Origin: Macrostomum lignano
Lineage: Eukaryota
Assembly: GCA_002269645.1 (NCBI GenBank)
Contig: NIVC01000713.1
Span: 62,001 to 126,000, forward strand
Length of the DNA stretch: 64,000 nt
Reading direction: 5' to 3'
Shown: positions 45,634 through 57,462 of the stretch, piece by piece
Numbering within the stretch: position 1 is the first letter of the stretch
Layout: each line of letters begins with the position of its first letter
Translations under genes and position numbers: made by a program
The notes under the pieces: generated by a model
Database searches by the model: none
Told to the model about the DNA's origin: nothing
The model's input: only the letters and a program-made list of their open reading frames with translations

Positions 45634-48600
45634 TCACTTTGTCACCCCACCAGACGAGGCTCGTTTAGCCATGATTTTAAACATCAGCCAAGGTGCCAGG
45701 CGCCTCAGCAGCGGTGCCGCCCGCAGATGCCAGGGCCCGAGCAGCAGCTCGGAGCTGTCTGACTCCAGAGCGTCCAGAACGGCCTCGGCGGCTGCCTCCG
45801 GTGTCATGCCGCTGGCCGTTGCATAATCGGTTTTGGCGTAGGCGGCTCCGCTGGCGGTGAGCGCGTTGGCTGACAGGCCGGTCCGGATGTACGCGGGGCT
45901 CACCGTCAGCACTCGGTACACCTTGCCGGACTTCTCGTGGCGGGACAGCTCCGCTCGGAGACCGTCATGGAAGGCCTTCGTAGGAAGGGGATTTTTGACT
46001 GTTGGGTTGGTGCGTGTGAAAACTGGGAGTGAAATTCCGGTGTAACATTAAGTGAGTGCTATATCGCAGGTGTGACATTGGGTGAGTGCTATATCAGGTG
46101 TGACATTGGGTGAGTGGTGTCAGGTGTGACAATGGTTGAGTGCTATATCAGGTGTGACATTGGATGAGTGCTATATCAGGTGTGGCATTAAGTGAGTGCT
46201 ATATCAGGTGTGACATTAAGTGAGTGCTATATCAGGTGTGACATTAAGTGAGTGCTATATCGCAGGTGTGACAGTGGGTGAGTGCTATATCAGGTGTGAC
46301 ATTAAGTGAGTGCTATATCAGGTGTGACACTGGGTGAGTGGTGTCAGGTGTGACAATGGTTGAGTGCTATATCAGGTGTGACATTGGATGAGTGCTATAT
46401 CAGGTGTGGCATTAAGTGAGTGCTATATCAGGTGTGACATTAAGTGAGTGCTATATCAGGTGTGACATTAAGTGAGTGCTATATCGCAGGTGTGACATTG
46501 GGTGAGTGCTATATCAGGTGTGACATTAAGTGAGTGCTATATCAGGTGTGACATTGGGTGAGTGCTATATCAGGTGTGACATTGGGTGAGTGCTATATCA
46601 GGTGTGACATTGGGTGAGTGCTATATCAGGTGTGGCATATGTGCGACGCGAGTTGTGAATAGGGTGTGAAATTAGGGTGCGCTATCAATAGTGGCATTCA
46701 GTGTGACATTGTTTTGTGGCACGGATGCGACAATTGCTGCTAGAAGTGACTATTTAAACTGCGTGCCCCAAGATACAACATTGAGTCTGACATAGGGTAT
46801 TAGATCAAATATTAATTATCGATTAGATTATGAGATTAGCTGTGGGATCAGGTATGGGATTAGGTGTGGAATCAGGTATGAGATCAGGTATGGGATTAGG
46901 TGTGGGATCAGTTGTGGGATTATGTGTGGGATTATATGTGGGATTAGGAGTAGGATTAGGTGTGGGATTAGGAGTGGGATTAGGTGTGGGATCAGGTATG
47001 GGATTAGGTGTGGGATCAGGTGTGGGATTAGGTGTGGAATCAGGTATGGGATTAGGTGTGGGATCAGGTGTGGGATTAGGTGTGGAATCAGGTATGGGAT
47101 TAGGTGTGGAATCAGGTATGAGATCAGGTATGGGATTAGGTGTGAAATCAGGTGTGGGATTATGTGTGGGATTAGGAGTGGGATTAGGTGTGGGATTAGG
47201 TGTGGGATTATGTGTGGGATTAGGTGTGGGATTATGTGTGGGATTAGGTCTGGGATTATGTGTGGGATTAGGAGTGGGATTAGGTGTGGGATTAGGTGTG
47301 GGATTATGTGTGGGATTAGGTGTGGGTTTAGGAGTGGGATTAGGTGTGGGATCAGGTGTGGGATTATGTGTGGGATTAGGTGTGAGATTAGGTGTGGCAT
47401 TAGGTGTGGGATCAGGTATGGGATTAGGTGTGGGATTAGGAGTGGGATTAGGTGTGGGATCAGGTATGGGATGAGATGTCCAGTTAGTTGCAGGATCTGT
47501 GGCACACCTGAAACGCGTGCTTGGACGCAGCGTAGGCGGACCTGTACGGCTGGCTGACGAGGCCCTGCAGGCTGCTGATTCCGACCACAGTCAGATCGCA
47601 ACCCGCCTCGATGGCTTTGCGGCACAAGGCCGTTGTCAAGGCAACGTGGCCGAAGTAGTTAACCTGGCGAGTTGGATTCAGTGGATTTTATAGATTTGAT
47701 TTTGAAAGGCGGTAAAGTAGATCAGACATGCGGTAGAGTAGATCAGGCATGCGGTAGAGTAGATCAGGCATGCGGTAGAGTAGATAATGAATGCGGTAGA
47801 GTAGATCAGGCATGCGGTAGAGTAGATCAGACATGCGGTAGAGTAGATCAGACATGCGGTAGAGTAGATCAGGCATGCGGTAGAGTAGATTAGGCATGCG
47901 GTAGAGTAGATCAGGCATGCGGTAGAGTAGATCAAGCATGCGGTAGAGTAGATCAGGCATGCGGTAGAGTAGATTAGGCATGCGGTAGAGTAGATCAGGC
48001 ATGCGGTAGAGTAGATCAGGCATGCGGTAGAGTAGATAAAGAATGCGGTAGAGTAGATCAGGCATGCGGTAGAGTAGATCAGGCATGCGGTAGAGTAGAT
48101 TAGGCATGCGGTAGAGTAGATCAGGCATGCGGTAGAGTAGATCAGGCATGCGGTAGAGTAGATAAAGAATGCGGTAGAGTAGATCAGGCATGCGGTAGAG
48201 TAGATTAGGCATGCGGTAGAGTAGATCAGGCATGCGGTAGAGTAGATCAAGCATGCGGTAGAGTAGATCAGGCATGCGGTAGAGTAGATTAGGCATGCGG
48301 TAGAGTAGATCAGGCATGCGGTAGAGTAGATCAAGAATGCGGTAGAGTAGATCAGGCATGCGGTAGAGTAGATCAGGCATGCGGTAGAGTAGATCAGGCA
48401 TGCGGTAGAGTAGATAATGAATGCGGTAGAGTAGATCAGGCATGCGGTAGAGTAGATCAGACATGCGGTAGAGTAGATCAGACATGCGGTAGAGTAGATC
48501 AGGCATGCGGTAGAGTAGATTAGGCATGCGGTAGAGTAGATCAGGCATGCGGTAGAGTAGATTAGGCATGCGGTAGAGTAGATCAGGCATGCGGTAGAGT

Positions 48601-49710
48601 AGATCAGGCATGCGGTAGAGTAGATAAAGAATGCGGTAGAGTAGATCAGGCATGCGGTAGAGTAGATCAGGCATGCGGTAGAGTAGATTAGGCATGCGGT
48701 AGAGTAGATCAGGCATGCGGTAGAGTAGATCAGGCATGCGGTAGAGTAGATAAAGAATGCGGTAGAGTAGATCAGGCATGCGGTAGAGTAGATTAGGCAT
48801 GCGGTAGAGTAGATCAGGCATGCGGTAGAGTAGATCAAGCATGCGGTAGAGTAGATCAGGCATGCGGTAGAGTAGATTAGGCATGCGGTAGAGTAGATCA
48901 GGCATGCGGTAGAGTAGATAAAGAATGCGGTAGAGTAGATCAGGCATGCGGTAGAGTAGATCAGGCATGCGGTAGAGTAGATTAGGCATGCGGTAGAGTA
49001 GATCAGGCATGCGGTAGAGTAGATCAGGCATGCGGTAGAGTAGATTAGGCATGCGGTAGAGTAGATCAGGCATGCGGTAGAGTAGATAAAGAATGCGGTA
49101 GAGTAGATCAGGCATGCGGTAGAGTAGATCAGGCATGCGGTAGAGTAGATCAGACATGCGGTAGAGTAGATCAGGCATGCGGTAGAGTAGATTAGGCATG
49201 CGGTAGAGTAGATCAAGCATGCGGTAGAGTAGATCAAGCATGCGGTAGAGTAGAACTCACCTGCATCAGTCGCCTATGTACACCCATCTCGGTTTCCACG
49301 ATCTCACCCCGGTAGCTCTGCCCAGCATTGTTGATCAGCAGGTCCAACCGGCCGCCAGCCGCAGCCCACACCCGGCTGGCCGCATCGCCAGAAAGTTCGC
49401 CGTCTGACGCGGCCAAGTCGAGCTGAACCACTGCGTGCCTGGCCGGTTCCGACAGTCGCTGCTGAGTTGCTTTCAGCTTGTCGACGTCACGACCGGCTAG
49501 AAGGAGGCGAGCTCCTTGGCGAGCGAAAGCCGCGGCCAAGGCTTCGCCCAGGCCCGAGGAGGCGCCCGTGACAAGCACAGTTTTGCCCGACAGGATTCTC
49601 CTCAAGCCGGAACCGCGACGCCGGCGACTGGCGAGCCAGACGAGACCGACCGCGGCGGCGGCGGCTGGCCCAAGCAGCCAGCGAAGCAGCCACCAAGGCA
49701 AAGTTGCCAT
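45634..49710 (-). CDS. DHRS7B: DHRS7B-like short-chain dehydrogenase/reductase, 315 aa, 3 exons (49710-49261, 47663-47508, 45975-45634)
   Basis: N-terminal hydrophobic anchor; TGASSGLG Rossmann motif; DLLINNAG; VNYFG; catalytic SS...YAASK; DGLRAE; SPAYIRTGLSANA. Both introns are phase 0 with GT-AG ends. Confidence 0.9.
46045..46637. repeat. 28-bp minisatellite GTGAGTGCTATATCAGGTGTGACATTAA (DHRS7B intron 2)
   Basis: ~21 copies. Confidence 0.93.
46829..47472. repeat. 12-bp minisatellite GGATTAGGTGTG (DHRS7B intron 2)
   Basis: Directly visible. Confidence 0.93.
47713..49253. repeat. 21-bp minisatellite GCATGCGGTAGAGTAGATCAG (DHRS7B intron 1), ~73 copies
   Basis: Directly visible. Confidence 0.97.
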
Positions 49711-51383
49711 CGTTGCCGTTATTTTTTACTGGAATATTGTACACGTAGTTAATTGGTGAGTTAGTTGGCTATTTCCGTTTAGGCGCTGCCGAAAATAAAA
49801 AAGGCTCACAGCGGCCCGGACTGACTCATCAGCAGGCAGGCACTTTAGGAAAAACAAAATCCCGAGTTTTGACAATCCCGGGATTCTCGGGATCGGGATT
49901 TCCCGGACTTTGCCAATCCCGGGATTGAAAAAAGTTTCTAATCTTTGTGCAATTTTGGTTGTTGACAAAGTTGTTTGTTGACAAGTTGACAAAAGTAGAG
50001 CAGAATAAAATATTTTGGTATCAAGAACACAGTGAGCTCTGATTGGAGTCTGATGTACGGGCTGGCGCAATAGACGTGCTTCTTTACATGCCAGTATCAG
50101 CTCAGGAAAATCACACTTGTGATTTAACCTTGGGAATGATAGCTTAAATCAGAGCTATAGCCCGAGATACTGAGTGATACCTGGGTAGAAGGGGATCAGA
50201 CGTCACCCTCCCAGGGGCACCCGCCTTAGATGAAGAATTGGTAGCGTTGGTTGTGGTCCGATAGCAAGGTCCCACTGTTCTAATCCCAACTACGGCCAAG
50301 GAGTTTTGAAGGTAGGGACTGCTTAAAGTAGTTCTACATTTACACCTTGATATACTCTTACGACTTGTGATAACAGCTTCTGTTTTGTATGCCTGCAGTC
50401 CTATAGCCTTCTACTCACTAGCCTGCATGCTTTAAATGATTAAGAAATCAAATTAGAACAACTGGCTTATGATTTTAACCTGACAAGTAGCTCAGCTGCA
50501 GATACTACTCCTCGATAATTTAATCATTGAATTATTGCAAAGCGGGATCGGGATCTTACAAAACGTGTTGGATTATATTCTCTAATTAAACGTATTAGAT
50601 TCGATTCGATGTCATCAGGACCAATTCTTCAACGCACAGTGTGTAAACTGACTGTGAGAAAGTCAGGTAGATGTGCACTGCCTCGCTAGCTGCGGTTCTT
50701 CATTAGAAAAGTCACAAGTGTGACATGTGACAATACTACAAGTAGATAGTGTGGTTTTTAGATTAGTAGCCCATTGTTAGAACGAAAGTCAAACAATTAT
50801 ACTGTTAATTTTCCGGGTGTTACTTTTTCGACGATTGATACAAGAAAAAGGACGATATTTAGAGTGTAATTAACACAGGTTGATACATTTCATGGCTTTG
50901 CAATAGGTAGCAAAACCTAGATTACAATTTATGCCTTTCTTGAATACACAATGTATTTATTAAAAATAAACTTTACTCAATGCTTTGTTATATTTAACTA
51001 GCAAAAAATAATCCAACGTTTGTTCCACAACCAAAAGTATTTTGAATAAAAGTATAATTGCGCCAGAATATATATTTCTTGTGGAGTTTTGCGAAGCATA
51101 ATCCATTGCAGATACTCTATAGAAGCGAAAAGTTTAGTAAAAGTTTTACTCAATAAGTTAGTATAAGTAAAAATGTACAAAATATTGGGTTTCTATTATA
51201 ACTTTGAAAGGCTAGGAACAAGTAAACTTTAATATTAACCAGACCTCTTCAAACATTCTGACAGCCATTTTCTCATCATGCAAATGGTTACCATGGTTCT
51301 GAACGGGGGGTCAACCCCCACGGCATGCACCGTGAAGTGTACATGCCTAACGATAAATAAAGTTAGGACCGGTGTACACTCAT

Positions 51384-51726
51384 GTGTGTGTGTGTGTGTG
51401 TGCCTGTGCTAATTGATTAATGATAATTGATTACACCTGTCCTAATGGGCAAATGTACAACCGAAAACTCAGCCGCAGCTATTGCGTGGCGTACCTGAAG
51501 GCTGCGTACGGCTGTTCAGTCCAAGGACTGGGGGGAGGGGGTGGGTCGCTACACACCCTCAGTTACCCCAGCTAATGCTGGTACCTATTTTACAGGTGGG
51601 TTAACTGAATAATGCAGAGTCGAACGTCTTGCTCAAGGACACAAAAATTTTCCGAGTCAAGTAGAGAATCGAACCCCCGACCTTCAAGTCGTGAGTCCGA
51701 CGCTCTAACCACTAGGCTACAACCCC
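51384..51726 (-). mobile_element. tRNA-derived SINE
   Basis: Minus-strand head GGGGTTGTAGCCTAGTGGTTAGAGCG (A box) ... GGGGTTCGATTCTC (B box). It is followed by GTGTCCTTGAGCAAGAC and CTGTAAAATAGGTACC, reminiscent of conserved SINE core domains, and ends near a (CA)n tract. Confidence 0.75.
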
Positions 51727-52028
51727 CTCTGTGCGTATGACTGCGTACGTATCCGCGCGCTTGTGTGCCTGCTCAGGAGAGTCGGCGGAATGGGCAGCAA
51801 AGCCTCTTGCCGGCTGTGTGACGATGTCGCACACAGCCACCTGCCTTTAATAAAAAAATAGATATAGATATAGGATCTGGACATTTTTAAAAAGATGGAC
51901 ATTTTTAGAAATCAGCGGGAAGTGTTGTCAGTCATTGGTAGAACCAAATGTAGTTTAGGAGTGCAAGCAATCGATTAATAATACTTAAATAGCTAATCAA
52001 CGTAACACTGATTGTAACCAGAAACTCG

Positions 52029-55000
52029 TCATTCACGCCAGTAGTAGGCAGGGTTGACTCGGCTAACATTAAAACTGTCTTGGAAGACATTTCCGTTGCT
52101 GCTGCTGCTGCCACCAGCCATCGCGTCAATGTCGTCTCCATAGCGACCGCGTCGATCATGATGGATTCGCTGGTAGCTGTGGTAGGGACTCGAGCGCTCT
52201 GCTGGAGCGTCACCTGCTGTCCCGCGAGCATCGTCGGAATCCAGCTGTCGAAGTGCGGCGGCAACCATGGCGTCTCGTTGACGTCGCCCACTACTGCGAC
52301 GACGCGGCATGATTTCCTCGACAGGAATGGCGTCGTCCATCGATTCTAAAATTTTAGAATTCAGTTTAGTTACAGATAAGAAAACATATAGACATCTTTA
52401 CGCATAAGTTCTTCAATCGCAAGCTCACCATTTGAACCAGTTTGATTGATATTATCAGTCGACTGGAAGTGTCGCTTGTGTGCAACACTTTGTCTACTAT
52501 CAGTAGTTGAATAAGGATGTTGATCTTGATCATCGTAATTTTCTCCGGAGTCTGTTTCTGCTTGGTATTTGCTCGGGCTTGAATCAACAGCATCATAAGC
52601 CGCTTGAGATGCAGGCACTTTGTGGACAACAGTCCACTCCTCGATTTTCGGTGCATTCTCACTCGCGTCCGATTCGTAGCTACTCTGTCGACGATAAGCA
52701 GTCCCGCTTGGCGCTTCGAGCTGCGGCGGCACAGAATGATACTCGGTCCACTCTTCAAAGCGCGGCGTCTCTTCGTCGGAAGAAGCCGCCTCAGTTTTTG
52801 AAATGTATCGCGAACTACGAGTTGGGGGAGCTGATTTCTCTTCACGCCTCTGCCTGCCGTTGCTATCATCGTCGGTGATTCGTACTCTGTTCCTTGTCGT
52901 CCTGTCATTTGATCGGCTTCTGTTACTGTCAGGCTTTGGTTCGCTTTCTTCCAGCAGCCGTCGATAGCCAACAACCGAGTCCTCCTGATTGGGACTGCCG
53001 TGCACTGCAGACTGATTCATGGGCGCCTGTTCAGATGGAACCGACTCAAACAATCCCCAGTCATCACGTGAGAAGAAGTCATTATGGTCTCCGAATTGAC
53101 CATTGTTTTGTCGCCAACGATTGAACCGGTCCTCTCTTGTGCTCCACTGATTTTCATTATCGCGCCTTCTTTCATCTTCCAGTTGACGTCGCCTTTGCTC
53201 TTGCTCGCGGCGACGCCTTTCTTCCGCTTTCTGACGTCTCTGCTCCTCCTCAATTTCTCTGCGCTTCCTGCTGTCTTCTCTGCGTCGTCTCTCTTCTTCA
53301 GCTTCTCGACGAGCTCTCGCTCTGGCTTCGTCTTCTTCACGCCGACCAGCGTCGTCTTGAGGTTTATAGCTATTGGCCTGGTTGGAAGCATCGTTAGCGT
53401 CATTATCGAGGAATCGACGGTAACCGATTGCAGATCCAGAGTCGTAAGGCTCAGAATCCGCCAGTGCGGTCCATTCGTTTACGCCTTCCTTGAATCTCTG
53501 CCTGTCAGTCTGTGGGCTTTTGGTTTCATTTTGACGACTTTTGTGTTCTTCCGGACCTAGAGTTTGCAGGCGGTCAGTCTCGCGACTGCGCTGGGTGCGT
53601 TCCTTTAGTTTCTGCTGACGCTGCTTCTCCTCAATCTCTCGCAGGTTGCGCATGTACTCGCTCTCGATGCTGGCATCAGACTCACCGGAGTTTTCTTTGC
53701 CGCTAGGTTTTTGCAGGCTACGATAACTAGAAGGTGACGCTTCAGCGGTTTGTATACTTGCTTGCGCTGTAGGAGCGGTTTCATAGACGGTCCACTCTTC
53801 AGTAGTGTACAAATCTGGATTGCTCTCTTGAGCCTTCGCTCTTTCTCTTCTTCGAGCTTCTTCCTCTCTTCTTTGTAGCTCCTCTTCCCTTCTTTGTAAC
53901 TCTTCTTCCCTTCTGCGAGATTCTTCTTCCTTTCGCCGCCTGTCTTGTTCCTCTTGCTCCGCCTGGCGTCGCCGTTCCATGCGTTGGCGCTGCTCCTCCT
54001 CTTCCTGCTGCTGTGCAAGGCGGCGCTTCTCACGCGCCTCGCGAAGCCGACGCTCATTTTCCTGCCTGGCAACTTCGCGCTCCTCTTCCTCCAGCCTGCG
54101 TCTCTCCTGCTCCTCCTGCTCTCTGCGACGCCGCCTGTCTTCTTCGGCCTTCCAGCGTCTCTCTTCTTCTTCTTCAAGCTCTCTTCTACCCCGCTGTTCT
54201 TCAGCAAATTGTTTTTCTTGCCTACGCAAGTCTTGAGCTTGCAGTTCTTCGCGGTGCTTTCTATCGTACTCATTCTTGCGTCGCTCAGCTTCTTCCATTC
54301 GTTGCTTTTCCAATGCTTCCAGCCGTTTCCACTCTTCCTCGTCTTTCTTTTTTGTTTGCGCTTCACGTTTGGTACCATTGCTATCCGCTGCATTTTTTTG
54401 ATTTGTTCCAAACGGCAACGTTTCATAAACTGTCCACCGACCGACTTTGACAGAGTTTGGTGCTTCGCCACTATTTTGTCTCTTGTACATGTCTGCTTTT
54501 TCATCCGCGCGAAGCGTTCTCGGTACATACTTGGACTTGTTGATGACAATAGTTGGTTGGCTTGGGGCACTGGCCGGAGCAGACTCGCTCGCACGGACTT
54601 CGGTTGAGCTAACATATAAATCCGAGTCCGACTTGTCAAAGCTTTTTAACGGCTTTAATTGAGCAGCAGCAGACTTTGGCCACGGCGTTCGATGCGGAGC
54701 GTAGGACGACTTCGTGGATGAATTTCCCGTATTAACTGGCTGAGAATGCGGTACAGATGACACTTGACTTGCAGTAACGTCTCTTTCCTGCGGCACTATC
54801 GGAATACGCGGCGTCTTTGATCCAGTAGTTGAGCGGTTACTCGGCCTGCGACTAACACCTGACTGACGACCGCGACTAGCTGATGGCCGTCTGGAGACGG
54901 AAGCTGCAGACTGTTGCGGACCGAACAGGCTAGCAATGTTATTGACGTGACCCTTCTTGATGCCGGCTTCGCTCTCGATGAGAGCAGCCGAGCTTGCTTG

Positions 55001-55075
55001 GCTTCGTTGCGTCACATTTACCGGCCTCTGGGGGCTTTGGTTTCTTGACGAGCTGACAACATCCGGATAGCTCAT
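52029..55075 (-). CDS. Uncharacterised ~996-aa protein: disordered, ER/K-rich helical segments, six acidic-Trp motifs; exons 55075-52402 and 52345-52029
   Basis: 931-codon ORF. A 56-bp phase-1 intron (GTAAAG...ATTTTAG) joins it in frame to the 52029-52340 ORF. Acceptor TTTTTAG lies 32 nt before the MSYP start. Further upstream coding exons are possible. Confidence 0.85.
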
Positions 55076-56079
55076 TTTCTCATAGACAAGATGTTGTATT
55101 CGGACTTCTAAAAAACGAAGAGCGTCAATGGAAAGAATGGAAAACTGGGCGTGATAGATTGGCATCTCTTTAAATCGGAGAGAAATTTCTCAAGCTCAAA
55201 CCGCCTCGTCAGTTATTCGTGAGACTGCTAAACGCCCGATTTCCCACGGCAAATCTTTCAAAATTTCAACGTGATTGTTGAGTGGACAGACTGTAACTTG
55301 ACAGAGCTGAACGGAACAATTTGAGAAACTTAGCTGGAAATTTGTGTTCACACACACGTTAAGTCAAATAGTTAGGCAGTAGCCGTGAGCACTACAATAA
55401 AAATACTCACAGCCATACAGTCACGAAAGAGCAGATTATTTCATGCATTCAGACCAGATTTTGGGCGCTAAAAATGAGCAAGAAAATTAATGCGAAATGC
55501 AAGGAGCAAAAATCAATACAGATACTGCTACTTAGGAAATTATTTCCCCATATATTCCAACATGCTCTGTTCCCAGATTGTACCCTATAAGATTATAGCT
55601 TTACTTTAAAGCCCCTCTGCATGCATGCAAACTACACAGCCTTATGGATTTAAAATTAATGAAGCATCAGCTTTAAAAAATGCAAATTAATACTCGAGGT
55701 CTCTAGGCTATCTATCCTAATCTAATGGAGCAGTCGCGACTACGATCTCGTCCAAATAGCCAAGCTAAGCAAGCCTTTCCTGCGAGCAGTATTGCTAGCC
55801 AGTGGCCCTATCGATTCCAGGGGTCACTGCCGGCAGCTGGCTTGTATCGGCTGCTTGATGCCTGCCTCCACTTGGATCTCTGAAGTGCGCCGAAATCAAT
55901 TCTATTCAGGACGATATAAAAATAATGCAAGAGCCGAGTTCTCGGACCGCACGGCATGGCCAATGAAGCCAATGGCTCTCAGGAGGAGAGATAAGAGAAT
56001 ACATTTAGACATACGAGGGCGCACTCGCCAGGCCTACTGGGAGATGGGAGAAACAGATGAGATAAAGCGAACCCGACCC

Positions 56080-57462
56080 TCTTGACTTGAGCATGTTGCA
56101 GTCTTATTGAGTCAAGTAGTTTTTGTTGCATGATATCCACTCTCTCGAGCGTCTCCCTGACCATATTTCTTAATTTCATAAGGCTACAAAAAGTGCTGCT
56201 TAACCTACATGCATGTAGATATTCATTAGAATAAACTACTTATAATATATGATAAATTGGGTTGAAACTATGCTATTATCGATTTTGATACAAGATTATG
56301 AACTAGCATTAGTATAAGCGTATTACCGTATGAATAAATTCCAATGAACCCAATTAAGTATCTATTGAGCAATTACCAATGAGCCCGATTGACTATCTAT
56401 TGAGAAATTACCAATGAGCCCGATTGACTATCTATTGAGCAATTAATTACCAATGAGCCCGATTGACTATCTATTGAGAAATTACCAATGAGCCCGATTG
56501 ACTATCTATTGAGCAATTAATTACCAATGAGCCCGATTGACTATCTATTAAGCAATTAATTACCAATGAGCCCGATTGACCATCTATTAAGCAATTACCA
56601 ATGAGCCCGATTGACTATCTATTGAGAAATTACCAATGAGCCCGATTGACTATCTATTGAGCAATTAATTACCAATGAGCCCGATTGACTATCTATTAAG
56701 CAATTAATTACCAATGAGCCCGATTGACCATCTATTAAGCAATTACCAATGAGCCCGATTGACTATCTATTGAGCAATTACCAATGAGCCCGATTGACTA
56801 TCTATTGAGCAATTACCAATGAGCCCGATTGACTATCTATTGAGCAATTAATTACCAATGAGCCCGATTGACTATCTATTGAGCAATTAATTATCAATGA
56901 GCCCGACTGACTATCTATTGAGCAATTACCAATGTGCCCGATTGACTATCTATTGAGCAATTAATTATCAATGAGCCCAATTGACTATCTATTGAGCAAT
57001 TACCAATGAGCCCGATTGACTATCTATTGAGCAATTAATAATCAATGAGCCCGATTGACTATCTATTGAGCAATTACCAATGAGCCCGATTGACTATCTA
57101 TTAAGCAATTACCAATGAGCCCGATTGACTATCTATTGAGCAATTACCAATGAGCCCGATTGACTATCTATTGAGCAATTACCAATGAGCCCGATTGACT
57201 ATCTATTAAGCAATTACCAATGAGCCCGATTGACTATCTATTGAGCAATTACCAATGAGCCAGATTGACTATCTATTAAGCAATTACCAATGAGCCCGAT
57301 TGACTATCTATTGAGCAATTACCAATGAGCCCGATTGACTATCTATTGAGCAATTACCAACTTCTCATGAGCCTTTGGCCATCTCTTCGATACCCTAGGG
57401 CGTCGAGAATTTTAAATTTCTTGTACAAATGTCTCAACTTCCTTGATAAGTACAACAACACG
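56080..57462 (-). CDS. Candidate internal exons of an unidentified gene (57462-57394 and 56183-~56080)
   Basis: Good polypyrimidine acceptors and matching phase-2 junctions give VLLYLSRKLRHLYKKFKILDALG-LMKLRNMVRETLERVDIMQQKLLDSIRLQHAQVKR. No family recognised. Confidence 0.35.
56343..57361. repeat. 35/39-bp minisatellite GAGCAATTACCAATGAGCCCGATTGACTATCTATT, ~28 copies
   Basis: Directly visible; the longer variant carries an extra AATT; no spacers. Confidence 0.95.

Noticed and set aside
46829-47472. Interstitial telomere (contains TTAGG)
   Set aside because: TTAGG is only part of a 12-bp unit; there are no tandem TTAGG or TTAGGG runs.
47678-49241. 517-519 aa ORFs, plus similar repeat ORFs at 27582-28140, 33021-33931, 46828-47625 and 6938-7642
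   Set aside because: They are translations of intronic or intergenic minisatellites.
51655-51726. tRNA gene (apparent CAC anticodon)
   Set aside because: The acceptor and anticodon stems pair poorly and the head runs into a SINE-type body, so it is treated as a SINE.
53017-54662. Overlapping alternative-frame and antisense ORFs within the 996-aa gene; likewise within ARHGEF17 exons and the LOA LINE
   Set aside because: Expected shadows of biased, GC- or purine-rich coding sequence.
56343-57361. 35-bp repeat of CRISPR-like length
   Set aside because: Units are head-to-tail with no unique spacers, no cas genes are present, and the context is eukaryotic.
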